A stretch of 64,000 bases of DNA. Origin: Oopsacas minuta (taxonomy: Eukaryota > Animalia > Porifera). The notes below the pieces were generated by a model that had not been told where the DNA came from, searched no databases, and saw only the letters and a list, made by a program, of their open reading frames with translations. Each line of letters begins with the position of its first letter. Positions within the stretch are counted from its first letter, which is position 1. This document shows, in pieces, positions 21,851-36,725 of the stretch. The translations under genes and the position numbers were made by a program. The DNA is taken from positions 62,001 through 126,000 of the forward strand of contig JAKMXF010000358.1 in NCBI GenBank assembly GCA_024704765.1, given 5' to 3'.

Positions 21851-24549
21851 ATCCCATTTTCGACATTCGAATTTTACGACGATTTTTCATTCATTAACTG
21901 AGATTTGTCATAAATATTTTAGAATATTTTATGGTTGTCTCACTTTAGGAATTTCCACTTAATATTCACCCAGTTATCAACCATTTTGTGAAATTCCTTT
22001 GGCTGTAGTCTTCGTAAACGGCCCTTCCTCCATTTTGTGAGGCAACCTAGAAAATGGTTAGATTGGAATCTACCCTAACCTCTATTTTCGTGTATTTAAC
22101 CAATTATTATCCTCCAACTTATTTCTTAAATAGATTAGCTTACTGGCCTTTGTGGATCGAGGGAATTATTATTTCTCTAACTGTAATAATGCTTAAAGCT
22201 GTGTCTAATGAATATTTATAATAAATATCTCTCAGACTATGTTAATATTATTCTTTATTAATTCATTATCCTTAAACTTTTTATAAAATTTATTTGAATT
22301 ATACAAATTCTATTACATATTATTGACAACTTGATAATTTGTTTATTCTTTTTTTTTAACATAATTTATCTCTTTAATACTTTTATCATATGTTTTCTTC
22401 TTAAAATCTCCTCATATACTTTATCTTACTAGCTACTGTAGGATTAATTAAATTTTTCATTTATTTTTTGCCAATATTAGGAAGAATTTTCTGGTCTTAT
22501 TCTCCATTATTTATATTGTGTTATTATACTGTACTATTTATTCCATCTATTTACGTATGGTATATGATGTTTTAATGTAGTTATTAACCAATTTAGGTAG
22601 GTTCTTTATAACAGGAGTGCTAGCTAACATCGAAGCTGAGGAGGCAACCACATCTTCGTTTTTCAATCTGTCGCCTTTATTTCCCTATTACAATCACCAT
22701 TAATATACTGGCAAATAAGTATTAATCAACATATGACTGTAATTCTTCATGTATAAATATACAAAATAAGGTAATTTGCTAGTATTCGCCGGATTCAACC
22801 AAAAAATTCGGGTTTTTCGCCTACCCTCGCGGGTCATCGGGTTTCGATGCTCAAATGCGGGTCACTTGGGAGCTATGTATTTCTGATTGACCATAAAGTT
22901 TTACACTAATTGTAGAAAAATTCTGGGGGGTTTAAGAACAAGCCCCCCCTTGACGTACTATTTCGATGCATGCTTCGTATTATTAATTATTAAGCAACAA
23001 TCAGTTGTGCAAGTACTTTTTCCAGCTTGTTGTGTTCCTCTATTGTCATATCTTTCAATTCTTCAATATATGGTTACAGATGATTCATGACAACACAATT
23101 TTAACATTTTAATTTGTGAATTATACAAAGTATTAGACGTTGTGTAAGGTGATTTTGAACTCCAGCAATTGTCTCTCGTATTCTTTCTCGGATTAGTATT
23201 AGAGTAAGCCCTCTCCCATCTATGTTGCGTCGTGTATATTAAGTCGCTTTAAAATGGAGGATTCATTAACTTCTATCTCGATTAATAAGAAATAAACATT
23301 CTAAATATATTGTTGGTAGGGCCTTTGCTGATAGCCTTATTAGAGCTTGTAAGTAGACACTGCATTTTTTAATACTTCTTTGTAATTGGGTGCTTGCCTT
23401 ATAAATTATGACGCGTATGTATCGTGAGAAGTCACGTACATTGTGTAATTCGACACAAGGTCGTAACCCCGTCCCGAGCTCGAGGCTCGTTCGGGCTTCT
23501 GGTCATCGGGCCTATAATATTAGGGGACCGAATTACACCAGGTTAGTACTTACTCGGCTTAAGGCTTAAGATATACTCTCGGATTAGACATAATTTGTCT
23601 CTGAAATTTTCTCCCATCTAATCCATTTATAAATAATTCGGTTAATACTTACTAGTACTACTCGAATAAGAAGTCTAATTATTCTTCCCAAAGGAAAGAT
23701 GCTTGAATTTTACTCAGTTAATATGTACTCGGATAGTAAGTACTCATTGATTACAAATACGTTATGTAATTTCAAAACTATAATTTTAAATGTTGATCTT
23801 ATTGTTAGAAATCTGGATAATATTCATATTACTAAGTGGAGTGCCACGGGAATGGAGTCAAGTCCTTTTTAAGCCTTATTAGGAAATAGGCTTAATAGAA
23901 TTTCTTTCGCCATTCTTTGGAATGCCAAAAATGTTTTGATTATACTGTAAGAAAGTAAAAGTCCAAGTCCGGACTTAAGCCCCCTTAAAAATGGGCTTTA
24001 GTTCAAAGGGCTTAAGCCCTTCTGACTTGGCCCTATGCCTGAATTATTACTAACCTTGTATTGACTATTTAGTGCATACTTGCCCGCTTCGCTTGCTAGG
24101 TCGCTCCGCGAGAGCTTTGGGCCTCAGATCAAGCTATAGTATAAACAGCCAATTTCTTAGTGTTTAGGGTAGCTACGAAACGGAATATTCTCAGCACTAC
24201 GTACCTCGGGTTACAATATTGCGAAATTATTTTATTGTGCATTGTCCATCCAAATTACATGGTGTAACACTGGAATTATTATTATTTGGCTTTTGGTTAG
24301 TAATCTGGGCACATCGTACCTCGAGTACTATGTCAAATTATCAAAATTTTAGAATTTGGAACAAACATTTTGTACTTCATGATGACGTAATAATTCAATC
24401 ATGAGTTTTCATTTTGTCAAAATCATGACATCAGGACATTTGTCATAATTAGAGGCACGTAATTATATTTCAATCTTCTATCATTTCCTGAGCGACATCA
24501 GCTGTTTAATATATTTTTCAATTTCTCATTTGTTATGGTATGTTTCGAC

Positions 24550-25384
24550 AAGTCCAAGCTTTTGGGTTTTGCCCAATCACGATGTGTGAAATGAAACCTG
24601 CATCCATAAATCTTTACCTGTGATACGTTTCTCTAAACGCATTTCCAGAGGCGTCTTCCCAATCTGACATTGAGGCCAGAGATCGAAAATGAGGAATATT
24701 CTCCGAGATGGTTTCCAGTATAGCTTGATATAGCCGTTGGTTCTTCCTGCTCAATAAGCAGTATATCGCAGGTAGAGTGTGCCTTCCCACTGAAATGATA
24801 ATAGTCCACAACTTATAAATTTAATGGGCACAGTAAAGAATGTCCCATGACTCCCATCGTATTGTTTGTTAGAAATTTGTGATAAAAATCTTTCATCGGC
24901 TCTGAAAGAACACCACACCAATTTCATTGTCAACAGAGAAGCTAAATTTGTGATACTTCAAGAAGTTTGTAGTTGTTATTATGTCACTAAATTCCAAAGC
25001 TATCTGAGGGATCTTAGGTTCCTGAGTTTTTCTCGCCCGAAACATCGTGGATTCGCATTCTGAAAAAGATATTTCGCATGCCCCATCGATCATCTCTTGT
25101 CACATCAGCGAAAACCTTCCTCATTTGTGAGTAACTGTCTTACATTTTGTTTTGAGATAATATCATTCAATTTTATAGGCTTCACGGTCATAATTGTGCG
25201 AATTAAATGAAGTGATCAGATTTCTCACGATTGAGTTTACATGCTCCTTTGCAACCATCTCAGAATAAAGCACACCTTAGGTAAACGAATTGACATTCGA
25301 TTTAGAAAGAATAAATTTGTTTCCATCTGAGGTAGTGGAAACCTTATCGACAGTACGTTTATATTCGTCCAGTATATATTCCAT
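24550..25384 (-). pseudogene. MULE (Mutator-like) transposase remnant
   Basis: Fragments GTFFTVPI, WTIIISVGRHTLPAIYCLL...LYQAILE, SMSDWE and VKIYGCRFHF in different frames, interrupted by stops. Confidence 0.75.
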
Positions 25385-26224
25385 CAAATAACTATTTGCG
25401 AATATATCCCAGAGACAAAAATGTTATTAAATACAATTCAGATAATATTTATATAATATAAACTGGATTGTTGTATGTATTGGTGTTTGTCCAGAATTAT
25501 TGGAAAAACTATATGTCGCAGAATGCTTAAAATTTCCACATAAGGGTAATTTTCCCCTGCGACAACGATTTATAGTTTTTAAGCGATATCTCCAACCTCG
25601 TCAAGAAAGGTGACAAAATATATTGACCAATCAGATTTGAGGTTAATAGGACAGGATAGGCCCATATACAGTTAAAGGACAAAAGTACTCGACCACTTAC
25701 CGTATTAAATACTAAGTATATCAAATTAAAATCTAATTACGCTGATGTTTAAAATAACTATTAGTTATAAAGCAGAGAATAAGCGTGAACAAGATTCATT
25801 CATGTAGATTGACGGATATCGCTGTATAAGAATATCTTAGTTACATAGGCGAATAAGAATATAACAAAATATTTGCAATTCTGAAATAGTCGAATACTTT
25901 TGTCCTTTAACTGTATATACGAGCAAATACCTAAAATTATTATAATATATTTATTCAATTTGATCGAAACATTGACGAAAATGTAGTGCAATTTAATACT
26001 ACAAACTAGAGCAGTTAAAAGGTGAGGAAATCTATATATGAAGGCGACTAAATAGATTGTTCTTAGCCTGAGGCACGAAGTGGCCGAGCTACTAGGTATT
26101 TTAGTGTGAATTTATACACTCGAGAGCTGTAGGCCCCAGAGCGGACACAGAAGTGTCCGCAACCGCGTAGCGCGAGCAAGCGAAGCGTGCTCGTGTTGTT
26201 AAAAATTTATAGAGGTCTGAAAAA

Positions 26225-26780
26225 CGACCACTAGTACGTCATCGATTCAAGAATCAATATCAAGTGATCTAAGGATGTTTCATACATAAAATAAAATTTT
26301 TGTATTCATAAATTGTCACGTAACTGAGTTATATTAGATACAATGGATGGAACATATTTGGTCAAATCCCTTAATAACTCGATTGTCGCTAGTGTTATTA
26401 TCAAATACGTCCAACCAATATATACTAAACACCAAACTTCCCATACCCTTGTAATACATTTTGATACGATATCTCAAACTGATGTGACGCAGTCGTGATA
26501 TATGCCCATATTTTGTAATTATCAAGATTACCCAATAGCGTATGAAAATATATTACAAGAGTATGGGAAATTGGGTATATAGAACATATTGGTTTGACCT
26601 ATTTGATAATAACTCTAGCGACTATTAAGTTGAAAGTGGATTTTGTCGAAGCATGTGCCATCCATGGTACCTAATATAACTCAGTAACGTGATAACTTTA
26701 TAATTATAAAGAATTTATATTTTATGTATAAACATTCTTAGCTCACTTAATATAAATTCTGGAATCGAAGACACAGTGCA
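26225..26780. mobile_element. Fold-back MITE, same family as 6366-6914
   Basis: Shares ATCAAGTGATCTAAGGATGTTT, TGTCACGT...GAGTTATA...CAATGGATGG and the mirrored right arm. Confidence 0.55.
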
Positions 26781-26825
26781 CCAATTTTATATTATCGAGA
26801 AAAATATAATTCGATTTCTTAACCT

Positions 26826-27776
26826 GGGGCGCATTCACTAGTCAGAATTTCGAAGTTGTCATTAGTCAGAATCGATTATTTCTTATGAAATATGTTCCCA
26901 TTAATCATTAATGTATTCAATAATTATTTCTGAGATACTAGTTTAATGAAACTATATAAAACTAGTAAAAGCACTGTTGTCGATAGATCGAATATATTTT
27001 AGCTATAAATATCTCTTCTTTAAGGCCATTTCTTATTTTTATGAAAACTAAATGCTTCCTTAGATTTCTAAAACCGGCACAAATGTTTTAAAACCAAGTT
27101 TGCAACCAAATACCTTAATATTCGGTTAACCGAATATTATTTGGCAAATAGTTCAATATTCTGAGACCAACCGAATATTATTTGGCAAATAGTTCAATAT
27201 TCTGAGACCAACCGAATATCAGTATTCGGTATTCGGTGGCCCAAACCGAATAATATCAATAATCGGTTAGGCTACTATTCATAAATACTGTTATCCGGTT
27301 CGAGCGATTTCAATTTTCTTTAAACCAAAAAATCCAACGATCCCCCATTTTTGCCATCTTTTCTAATAATTAATCCAACAATTGTTCATCCAAACACAAA
27401 ATTAGCATGGACTCCATATCCCCACACCTAGGTAGCTTAATAACGATTACAAATGAAAACTCCCAGACCCATAAGGTAGTGAACTATAATCCCCTCCCAA
27501 TGGTACGGGTTTATATTTAATACAATAAAATGTCCTATCACGTCCTTGTTTCTATAAATCCATTTTTTCTACATCGATCTATCGACAACATCAAAGCTCG
27601 ACCTAATGCCTCGTTTTGCCACGCGATATGTCGGAAAGTAGATTCTGACTAGTGACAAAAGTCTGAAAATCGATTCTGAATTGTGGTAACAGTCGGAAAA
27701 TAGATTCTGACTTGTGACAACTAAGGATATTCTGACTAATGACAACTTCGAAATTCTGACTATCGTAACTTCCCCT
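26826..27776. mobile_element. Non-autonomous element with subterminal short repeats; contains a 41-bp tandem duplication (27128-27209)
   Basis: AGTCAGAATTTCGAAGTTGTCATTAGTCAGAAT is mirrored by ATTCTGACTAATGACAACTTCGAAATTCTGACT, with several ATTCTGAC units at the right end. AACCGAATATTATTTGGCAAATAGTTCAATATTCTGAGACC occurs twice in tandem. Confidence 0.5.
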
Positions 27777-28464
27777 TAGACTTGATGTAATCCATGGTCC
27801 AGGAAATTCTAGACCGTAGATAGGCTTTAGTTTCGTGGGAAGTGCACCAGAGAGATTAATTTCAGTGACAAAAAAACACTACATCTTGAATGGACCATTC
27901 TAACAAGTGCAAATAGTAGAGATTCTAACAAATGCTACTTCCCCCCTTCAACGTTATAGCCCAATCATCTGACTTCCGAATAGTACAGGGACATAGGAAG
28001 CAAAAAATTATTGGTGCTGCGGAGCATATTGTATTGGCGCGGCATTCATCATATCTCACCATCTGTATTAACAGAAATTGGCAATTATTGGTGCGGCAAA
28101 CGCCGTGCCTGCCGTATCGGCTGCTACGGCCCTGTAGTATATACCCAACTTCCCATACACTGATAATACATTTTGATATGTTTTTCTTACGAATGTGACG
28201 TAATCAGTTCAGGATTAGGGGGTCGCCTGGGGCCCGAACCTAAAAGGCCCCCCATACAAAGTTGTAATATTTGCATTGAGTAATTTGTTGCTTTACATTG
28301 TTACTAAAATCAGTGAAGTTTTATTTAGTGTCTGTCGATTAATTGTTGTGGCTAATCATATAACAATGCATCAAATATGGTTGGGAAATATATTGGTGAC
28401 AACAGAGTCCATATGCGACATTTATACCATGTGTACCTCATTCCCTCAATCTTATCTGGAAAAC

Positions 28465-29525
28465 TTCCGCTGAATGTATCCCTGTGGTTGTAAGATTCTT
28501 TGATATTATACAAAAGTCATACACATTTCTCTCTGAATCACGTATCGATGGTGACTTCTTTGTTGAAAAACTTAAGCCACTAGTCAAGCTGCTTTCTGAT
28601 ACTCGGTGGTCCGCAAGGTATGGTGCAGTGGAAGCCTGCATAAAGGATATAATACTTTATGTGAATTATTACTAAACTTTGGCGTTTGATGGGGAACAGA
28701 AGGATGACTATCGAAATGATGCACTTGTTTTTTGGAAAACAGTTTTGGACCGCTTCCATAAACTAATATCTCCTTTCAGTCATGTACTTTAAATCTGAAT
28801 GTCATGGTATCGCTACTCGAGTCCCTTGTTGGTTTGTTAAACTCAGAGAAGCGAATTTGACATTTTCATAGTCGAGGCATTATTCTGTGTGAACATGGCA
28901 AGTTCAAAAATGTCTTTAAGGAAGTTCGAGCGCCTATCGTCGTTACTTTGATGTAGATGACGAAGATCCCACTATGTACCAAGGGATAGGATCGGACAAG
29001 CGTTTTTCATGTTATCAATGATCAGTTGATCAGTGACTTACAATATCACCTTGAGGCTTATCAAGAAATCTGCTATAAATTCGGATTCTTGTGTAAACTA
29101 CTCTCTCACTCTCTAGTCAAATGATCAAGGAAGCTGCAGGAAATATTACATGCTCATATCTCAACGATCTGGAAACAATGATTGAGAGTGAGCTAATTCA
29201 ATTTCCAGATTGATCAGATCCTCGGCAGAGCTTCAAACTCTAAGTGAAAAACAAAATTCAATGGAGCTTAGGATGTACGAATTCTTTCACACATAAAACC
29301 TCACTCAAACGTTCCCTAACATCAAAATGGCTCTTCCAATATATTTATCTCTGATAGTATCAAATTGCAGTGGTGAGAGGTCTTTCTCGAAACTGAAACG
29401 TATAATAAATGAGCTCAGAAATAGAATTGGACAAGATCGAGTCAACAGTCTTTCAATCATTAGTATTGAGAGTGAGGTGCTGAGACAACTTAATATTTCA
29501 CATTTAATTATGGATTTAGTTATCT
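28465..29525 (+). pseudogene. hAT transposase remnant (ZMYM1-like group)
   Basis: LSDTRWSARYGA and the C-terminal dimerisation motif FPNIKMALPIYLSLIVSNCSGERSFSKLKRIINELR. Many frameshifts. Confidence 0.8.
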
Positions 29526-29910
29526 GAAGATGAGGAAAGATCCACATAATGTCACTCTAATTCTCTAAGGAGTATTGTTCGCCTAATAAGTAATTAATGA
29601 ATAATTAAAGCAATTTAATGATAATCATGAATCTATTTATAAAATTTGTCCATTCTTGTCCCCATTTTCGACATGAACCGTTCTTACTTATAGGATCTAT
29701 TGTGCAAAATATGCATAGGCATAGGCGGTGCGTGAGATTTCCGTATGGGAGGCTATATACTAATTACAGTGGATACACCAAATGCCCGTTTTCAGGGGGG
29801 GTGCTGAGGACTTTCTGGAATATTTTCTGCTCCCTATATTGTTTTTGGTAAGTTATATGGATATTATATACAATCTTGGATTTTTGATTTCTTTAGTTAA
29901 TAATCTAGGA

Positions 29911-31902
29911 CAGTGGTTCTCAAACTATTCTATCACATCGCCTCCCAAGCAATTATTTAACCTTTTCATCGCCCCCTTCCGCCCACATCAATGAAATTCT
30001 AATATTTTTATCACTAGTATATCAGTTTTAATATGCTAATAATGTGTAGGCTAGATTTAAAATACTCAGTGTGAAGAGTGCACTTGTGTGTGGTGCTTCT
30101 GGAACTCAGTGAAATTGTTTCAACGCAGGTACAAAATGGATCAATAGTCCAATCTGGTATTTCCAATTCTTAGAGATCCCTGAATCACATAGTCATGGCC
30201 ATTTTGAGCGCACCAAGATGATCATAGTAAGCGATCAAATCGTCTTCTAATACTGAAAGCTTTGCCATACGGGGGAAACTAGTAAAATTGTCTTCTACCA
30301 ATGTTCTGTTAAACAGTGTTAGTTTCCCAAAGAAGGAGCAAATAACTATCTTACACTTTATAAGAGTAGTTAATTACGTTGCCCTGAAGTTGTAAATTTA
30401 TTGTGTTGAATTTGTCAAATATATCCAATGGGTAGGAAACAGCAAATTTCGCTTTTTGAACATCCTTAATTAGTTGCGGGTTCGATCCCTCCAAAAATCC
30501 AATGATAGTTTCAAAAAGAGAATAGAATCGACTGAGACAATCTGCTTTCGAGAGCCATCTAACTTCGGTATGGAAAAGAAGACGTTCGAATTCGGTTTCA
30601 TTTTCATGACAAAGTTGACGAAATATCCTGTCATTGAGTGCCGTGGATTTAATCTTGTTTACCACAGTAATGACTATATTTAATGAGTCATGCAAGCGTA
30701 CACTAAGATGTTTAGCGACCAAATGTTCACGATCAACAACGCAGTGAATAGCAAAAAGTTCAGGAACAGCGCGTTTCATGTATGAAATAAAGCCACGACG
30801 TCGACTAACCATTGAAGGTGCACCATCTGTAGCACATGCAATAATATTAATCAAAGGAATTTCTTTTTCTTGGAAAACTTTATTCCACAACTTTGAAAAT
30901 TGATTCACCTTTTGAATCTGTTACAAGCGGTCTAGCAGAGAGCATTTCTTTAACCAACTCTCCCCTTGAATGAATCGGGCATATGTAATAAGTAGCCCTT
31001 CATTTCCTGGAAGAGTAGATTCGTCGATTTGAAGTGAAAATTCCGTCGTTCTAAGTATGTCACATAGTTAATTTTCGACATCAGTACCCCTCACAACCGT
31101 ATCATTGTTTAGGGAATGGACTGTATTACACTTTCGACCATTTCTATGCATGACAGTAGTCACTACTTCTTGAATTGCGGGAAGAATGAGTGCTTCACCA
31201 ATAGCATGTGGCTTACCAGTTTTAGCTATTAATAGCGAAATGAGTATGATGTAACTAAGCCATCCATATTTTCTTTGTTCACTTTTCCAAAGATACCGCA
31301 CATAGTTTGCGATTCTCTAGAAATATTTTGAAGATTTCAACATCCTAATTTGCCTTGTCGCTGTACCGTGAATTTAAATGAAGACTCATCCTTGAAGGCT
31401 TCATTCCTTTCGTTAGAAAATACTTGGCCGCAGAGCAAGCACATTGGAAGCTATGGTGATTTCACAAACCAGTATGGGATATAATCAGCGCTAGACTGTC
31501 GACACTTCTTTTTGCTATCCATATTCTGTAATCGAGTTTATCAAAATCTTTGTAATTAACTTATTTATATGGTTACCCACTTTTCAGACATCCATTTTTT
31601 ATCAAAATAACAAGATCGTGATATGATTGCTCCGCTCGGGGAAGTCATCACCAGTGTGACTATCTTATTGATAAATTATCAACAACTGAAACTGATTCTT
31701 AAATTCATTATTGTTTATTAACACTGACTATAGGTTATAGTCATTTAAGAATATCCTGTTACAACTTATGATACGATCTTGTGGATGCATTCGTAATAAA
31801 CCCCCGTGGTGCCTCCCCAGCGCCCCTTTGCGGTATCGCCCTCTCCCAGTATGCTTCCAACGCCCCCCTAGGGGGCTCTTTGGCCCACTTTGAGAACCAC
31901 TG
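29911..31902 (-). mobile_element. Charlie/Buster-type hAT element, degenerate and internally deleted
   Basis: TIRs CAGTGGTTCTCAAA ... TTTGAGAACCACTG. TSD ATCTAGGA/ATCTACGA (7/8). Minus-strand fragments LLIAKTGKPHAIGE, CATDGAPSM, FAIHC and HTEVRWLS. Confidence 0.88.
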
Positions 31903-34900
31903 ATCTACGAAATATTTTGTGGATGTGGAATTGACTATATGTACTTTTAGTATTATTTTGCGAATAAATATACTTTATTAAGAGAATGATTTTACGATGA
32001 CCTTTGAAAATTTCTTTCGTGTTTTATTTTACAACTTAAACTTTTTCTAATGAAATTTGATATGAAAAGGGACAGATGAATTCGTTTTTTTGGATTTATT
32101 TAGATTAAATTGGGTAAGTCAGTCATGAAAAAATATTTATTCTCAAATTTACAACGCATAACGATCGAATCCCAGAGTTTCTTAAATGTTTATTTATTAA
32201 ATAATTTTCACCCTCCCTCAAAATTACTTTCGAGTACACGCCCCATTCCAACCATCCCCAAACTAGATATATAAACTGATATACCCAAGCCCAGTGGCGG
32301 ATCCAGGAGGGTTAGGGGCTATATAATTATATATCCCCCCATCAGAATTTTGGTTGTAATATATCATATATTCCAGTTACGTATATTAGATGATTTATGG
32401 TTTAATGTAGTTTTCATAACTAAATATTTGAATAATATGGGAGAGATCATTCAATAAGTGATAATAGTATAAATTTAATGTAAATTTTAAAAATAACTAA
32501 ATGCCAATAGGGATAACCAGTCTAGTATATTGATTTGTTGGCTGTTATCACCATACTTCTATTACAACTTTTCAAAGCCTCCATTACGCGCTGCCCATGT
32601 ACAGAGGATCATTAACCCTTATTCTTACTCCACTATCGTTATGAGATCTTCATTTGAAATCTTTATGCTTGTTTTGTGAATACCCTGCACTCGGGAAATT
32701 CTTCTGACATTTTCTAGATTGGTTAAACCTTAAAATATTCGCTCAGTGGCTACGTTCGCTTGTAATGCATATTAAATTCGAGAGAACATTTTTTTAGAAC
32801 CCATGGAAATGTGGAAATCGTTTATATCCAGTATTACCCAAGGCTCGGGAATAATGAATGTTACATAATTTCGATAAACATTCCAATTCTCGTCCGCCAA
32901 ATCCCGGCCCTGGATACAGGGAAAATATTCCCTACATTTTATCGAACTCTTGATACTTGACCCTCTAACTTTTTGCACGCTTGCTCGTACTTTTTGAGTT
33001 TAAGATTAAACAAACAACAACCAGTACTATGAAAGATCTAATTGCCCTCCCCCCCATTTAATGCTATCTGCTCCCCCACTATTTTCATTTATATCCCATA
33101 TCTCTTCCGGCCACAATAATTTTCCAAAATTCATGGATTTATGATAGATTTAGGTGACTTGTAAAATCCCGATATATGATGTGTATTCAAAAAGCCTAGA
33201 TCCAACATACAAAAATATACAGTAAACTCTATTTATAACTCTTAGTATTGCGTACTTTAGTGCGGTAAGATACGGAAAATCTGTGAACTGTATTTTCAAG
33301 TACAGCACGGCGTACAAAGTCCAGTAACCCCTGTATCATTTCGTTATGTGCGGAATTTCTTTGTAAGCAGAGTAAAATCAATTGCTTTCAAGCTAAATGG
33401 TGTATAGAATTACATGATCATAAGGCTATTTTCGTTTTATTCTACTTGGTTCTAACGCAGGTTTACTATTGAGAATGTTACTAATATTCTATCTATTCAG
33501 ACTAGAATCAAACGATACTAGTTTTTCTATTAATGTAAATCAGATCTTGAATGATACGAAATTCATATTTTCATGTCTAACAACCGTTCAGGGATTTGGC
33601 GATTTCATCAATATTCAAGCGTCTAGGTACCCGTTTCATTTGTATATTGCATTTCACGTTCATAATCCTCAAGGACACCACTAGATCTACAGGTGGCGTC
33701 CGCCATGATATATTAGTGATTATTATTATTTTATCCGGGCTAGTGGGATCCACTCAACTTTCATTATTTACCAATTTTTCTCATATTATTTGTATATTAT
33801 TTGTTGACTTTACGAGCGAGCGAATATACCGAACAGTAAATATTGAACATACTAAAAGTATCCTGGGCATAGGTGCCGAATCAAGAGGGGGCTGGGGGGC
33901 TCGGGCCCCCGTCGTTTGGTTACAGCCCCGTAGACTAATACAAAATATATGTGTGAGCCACCTCTGGAACCGATCGGTCCAAGTTGTTGGAATGTTCGGC
34001 GCCCCTGATCCTGAGATTTGACGTACGAAAGGTTAGCAGGTAAGTAGGCTGGATCAAAGTTCGCGACTGCTGTATATATATTAAATAGAATCTGATTAGT
34101 GACTAAAATATTAATTGAAATCAATGATCGCACGATACTAACAGAGGCGTATCTCGCATTTCCTCTTTGAGGATACCACTGGGGTTGCTAGCGACCCCAA
34201 TAATACTGAAAGATATCCTTCGGTGACTGCGTATGAGTCCGATACCGGTCTAGCTTTGTATCAAGGCGAACATTCCTAAATTTACACGTGAATTTCTGTA
34301 TAATATCATCACTATTACGGAAGATACCCTGTTATTCCGAAAGGCTATACAGTAACTTTCGCGAATTTCTTCCATAGTTTCTGAAGCTGAAATAATATCA
34401 TCGTAATATCACATCTTAGAAATACTATTCAAGATTTAGTTGTCGGTGAAGTAGGAACCAAATTTAAGTTTTGAAATCTTGCAAGTGCAATTAGCTTTCT
34501 GAGTTATGTTCCACCGGAAAATGTAATGTTATAAACACCCCTTAACATCGTTAGCCTCAAAACTTATCGAGTGCCTCTTGTATTCTGATAAGACTTACCC
34601 CAACTGTCCAACCTAGAGGTCACCTAATATCGGGAAACATTGGCGTAGTAGTGACAAAGGTATTTGCTTGGCCATGACCGGACTGGCTTGGCCAGCCCTG
34701 TTGGCTCCGAATTGTATACATGCAGTAGCTAATGAAATTATTGGTTGACTTGGGTTGATGTTTGTACATATATCTTGTATACGGATATTATTGCATTGAA
34801 TAGATCTAAGAATTGTTTGATAGTTTAGAAGCACATAATGTTAGCAAGAACTATCCCTGCCACCGCTAGTTGTAAAACCAGTAGTGTAATCTGTATTTGC

Positions 34901-36444
34901 CCACCTTGCCGATAGACATCTTGCCGAAACTATGTAATTCAAATATTTCTTATTACAATAAGAATCCTGTAAGTATAGTATCTAGCAAAACAATGAATCT
35001 TGGCGCATCCCGAGGTGTTGTCCGGACTTCTTGGCTTTGTTCCGAGGTGTATATTGAAGCTTTATTGGCTGTGGTGGAAGGATTTTATTGAATTAGTTTA
35101 TAAACAAGCGTTTATAAATTGGCGTATTTGTATATTAATTAATATTCACTATTATGTAGAGATGCGACGGTCCAACAAGGATCGCTGGTCCTCGGTCCGT
35201 CTATCCGGTTCCAATTTTATGCACCCGGTCCTGTTTGTGATTATTCCCGGTTCCAATCCGTTTAACCCGGCCTATTTCTTAGGTCAGTTTAAAGAGTATA
35301 TCGGAAACCGAAGTTGATTTATCATGTTTCACAACTTTAGTAAGCTGTTTACTAACAAAAACACATGACAGGCTATTTATACTAATACTTAGGTCCGTAG
35401 ATCAATACAAGATATATCCTTGATAGTTGGTGAGATATGAGCGAAGCAAGCCGAAATTTTACAGTGTGCAATTTGAGCAAACATGCACGAGTTTACCACA
35501 GGGGATGCTCCGGGCATGAGATTTTATTAGGGGGTATTGCCCCCGGGCACAATATTTTCCCAGGGGGAGTATTGCCCCCCTAAGGGCCCTCTGGCCCTGG
35601 GCGACGCCCCTTCGGCACTTTGGGAGCAGCTCTTGTGCCAGATCTTCGGAGGTTTTCCCATATAGCAATACATTATATGAAGTTCAATCAGTAGAATGTT
35701 TAGTGTCGTATCTCGGAGGTTATCTTTCAGAGGTGCCGATTTTAGAGTGTACTTGTAATATCAACTGGCTTTCGGCATGATGTCTTCTTGGCAAAATGAC
35801 TTTCGGAAAGTTTTATTTTCGGCAAAAATTTTTTCTAGTCGGGTTCCAAATCCTCAAAAGTGAGCTGGAAATACTGTGTTAAAACCTGAAAAGCGAATAA
35901 CTTTGTAACAATAGTAGCTAGAGTAATACTTGCAATTGATGGAGGGTAGTAGATATTACGACGGCATATTAATGACGTCACTATGGTGGAGGAATGATGG
36001 CAAAGCAATATCTTAGATCTTGAGATTTCGAAAGACAATTTTGATTAGACCATAGCCTACTCTGCACAATGCCTAACAGTAACTTGTGGATTTGGACTAC
36101 TGATACGTAACTAAATGAAACAAATTCCATGTGATTTCTATTTACATCAACGGTACTATTTTACCGAATGAATGTATTGTATATTTATAGAGTACAAATT
36201 ATCAACCATTTTATGCTAAAACTATCAGGAATGTGGCAAAAGTGTCTAGTAAGCAATTGTTTATTGAATTATGCTATTCTTCTATGCCCTGTAGAACGTT
36301 GAATATTGCGTATTTCATATCTAAGTGAACTCAAGAAATTATCTATAGATAGTTACATACAAAATATACAAAATTTGTGATACAAATTTCGTATATCTTG
36401 GGTTACAGGAGTGACCAGAGATGACACATTTTTTATTACCCGAC

Positions 36445-36725
36445 ACTTATAACCCGATAATCGTTGGAATTATGGTCAAAATCAAGATAGCCTCGATATA
36501 TAGTATATACGCGACTTCCCATATCCTGATAATATATCTTGTTATGATAAATCTTAAGCTGATCGGGAATGTAAAAATGGCCATTTATGGGTATATTCAC
36601 GATTACGTCATATTGGTGAGAGTTATCCTAACAAAATGTATTATCAGCGTATGGGAAGTCGCGTATGTACTATATATCGACTATCTTGATTCGACCATAA
36701 ATTCAACGATTATTGAGTTTTAAGT
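36445..36725. mobile_element. Palindromic MITE
   Basis: ATAATCGTTGGAATTATGGTC...TACGCGACTTCCCATA is mirrored by TATGGGAAGTCGCGTA...GACCATAAATTCAACGATTAT. Confidence 0.6.

Noticed and set aside
26772-26778. Another CACAGTG (and CACTGTG at 48698-48704) as dispersed RSS-like target sites
   Set aside because: Neither is followed by TGGCAA or the GAAATAGG block, and isolated 7-mers are expected by chance in 64 kb.
27128-27209. 41-bp direct repeat, and the ATTCTGAC units at 27630-27770, as a CRISPR-like array
   Set aside because: There are only two abutting copies with no spacers. The other units are subterminal transposon repeats, there are no cas genes, and the context is eukaryotic.
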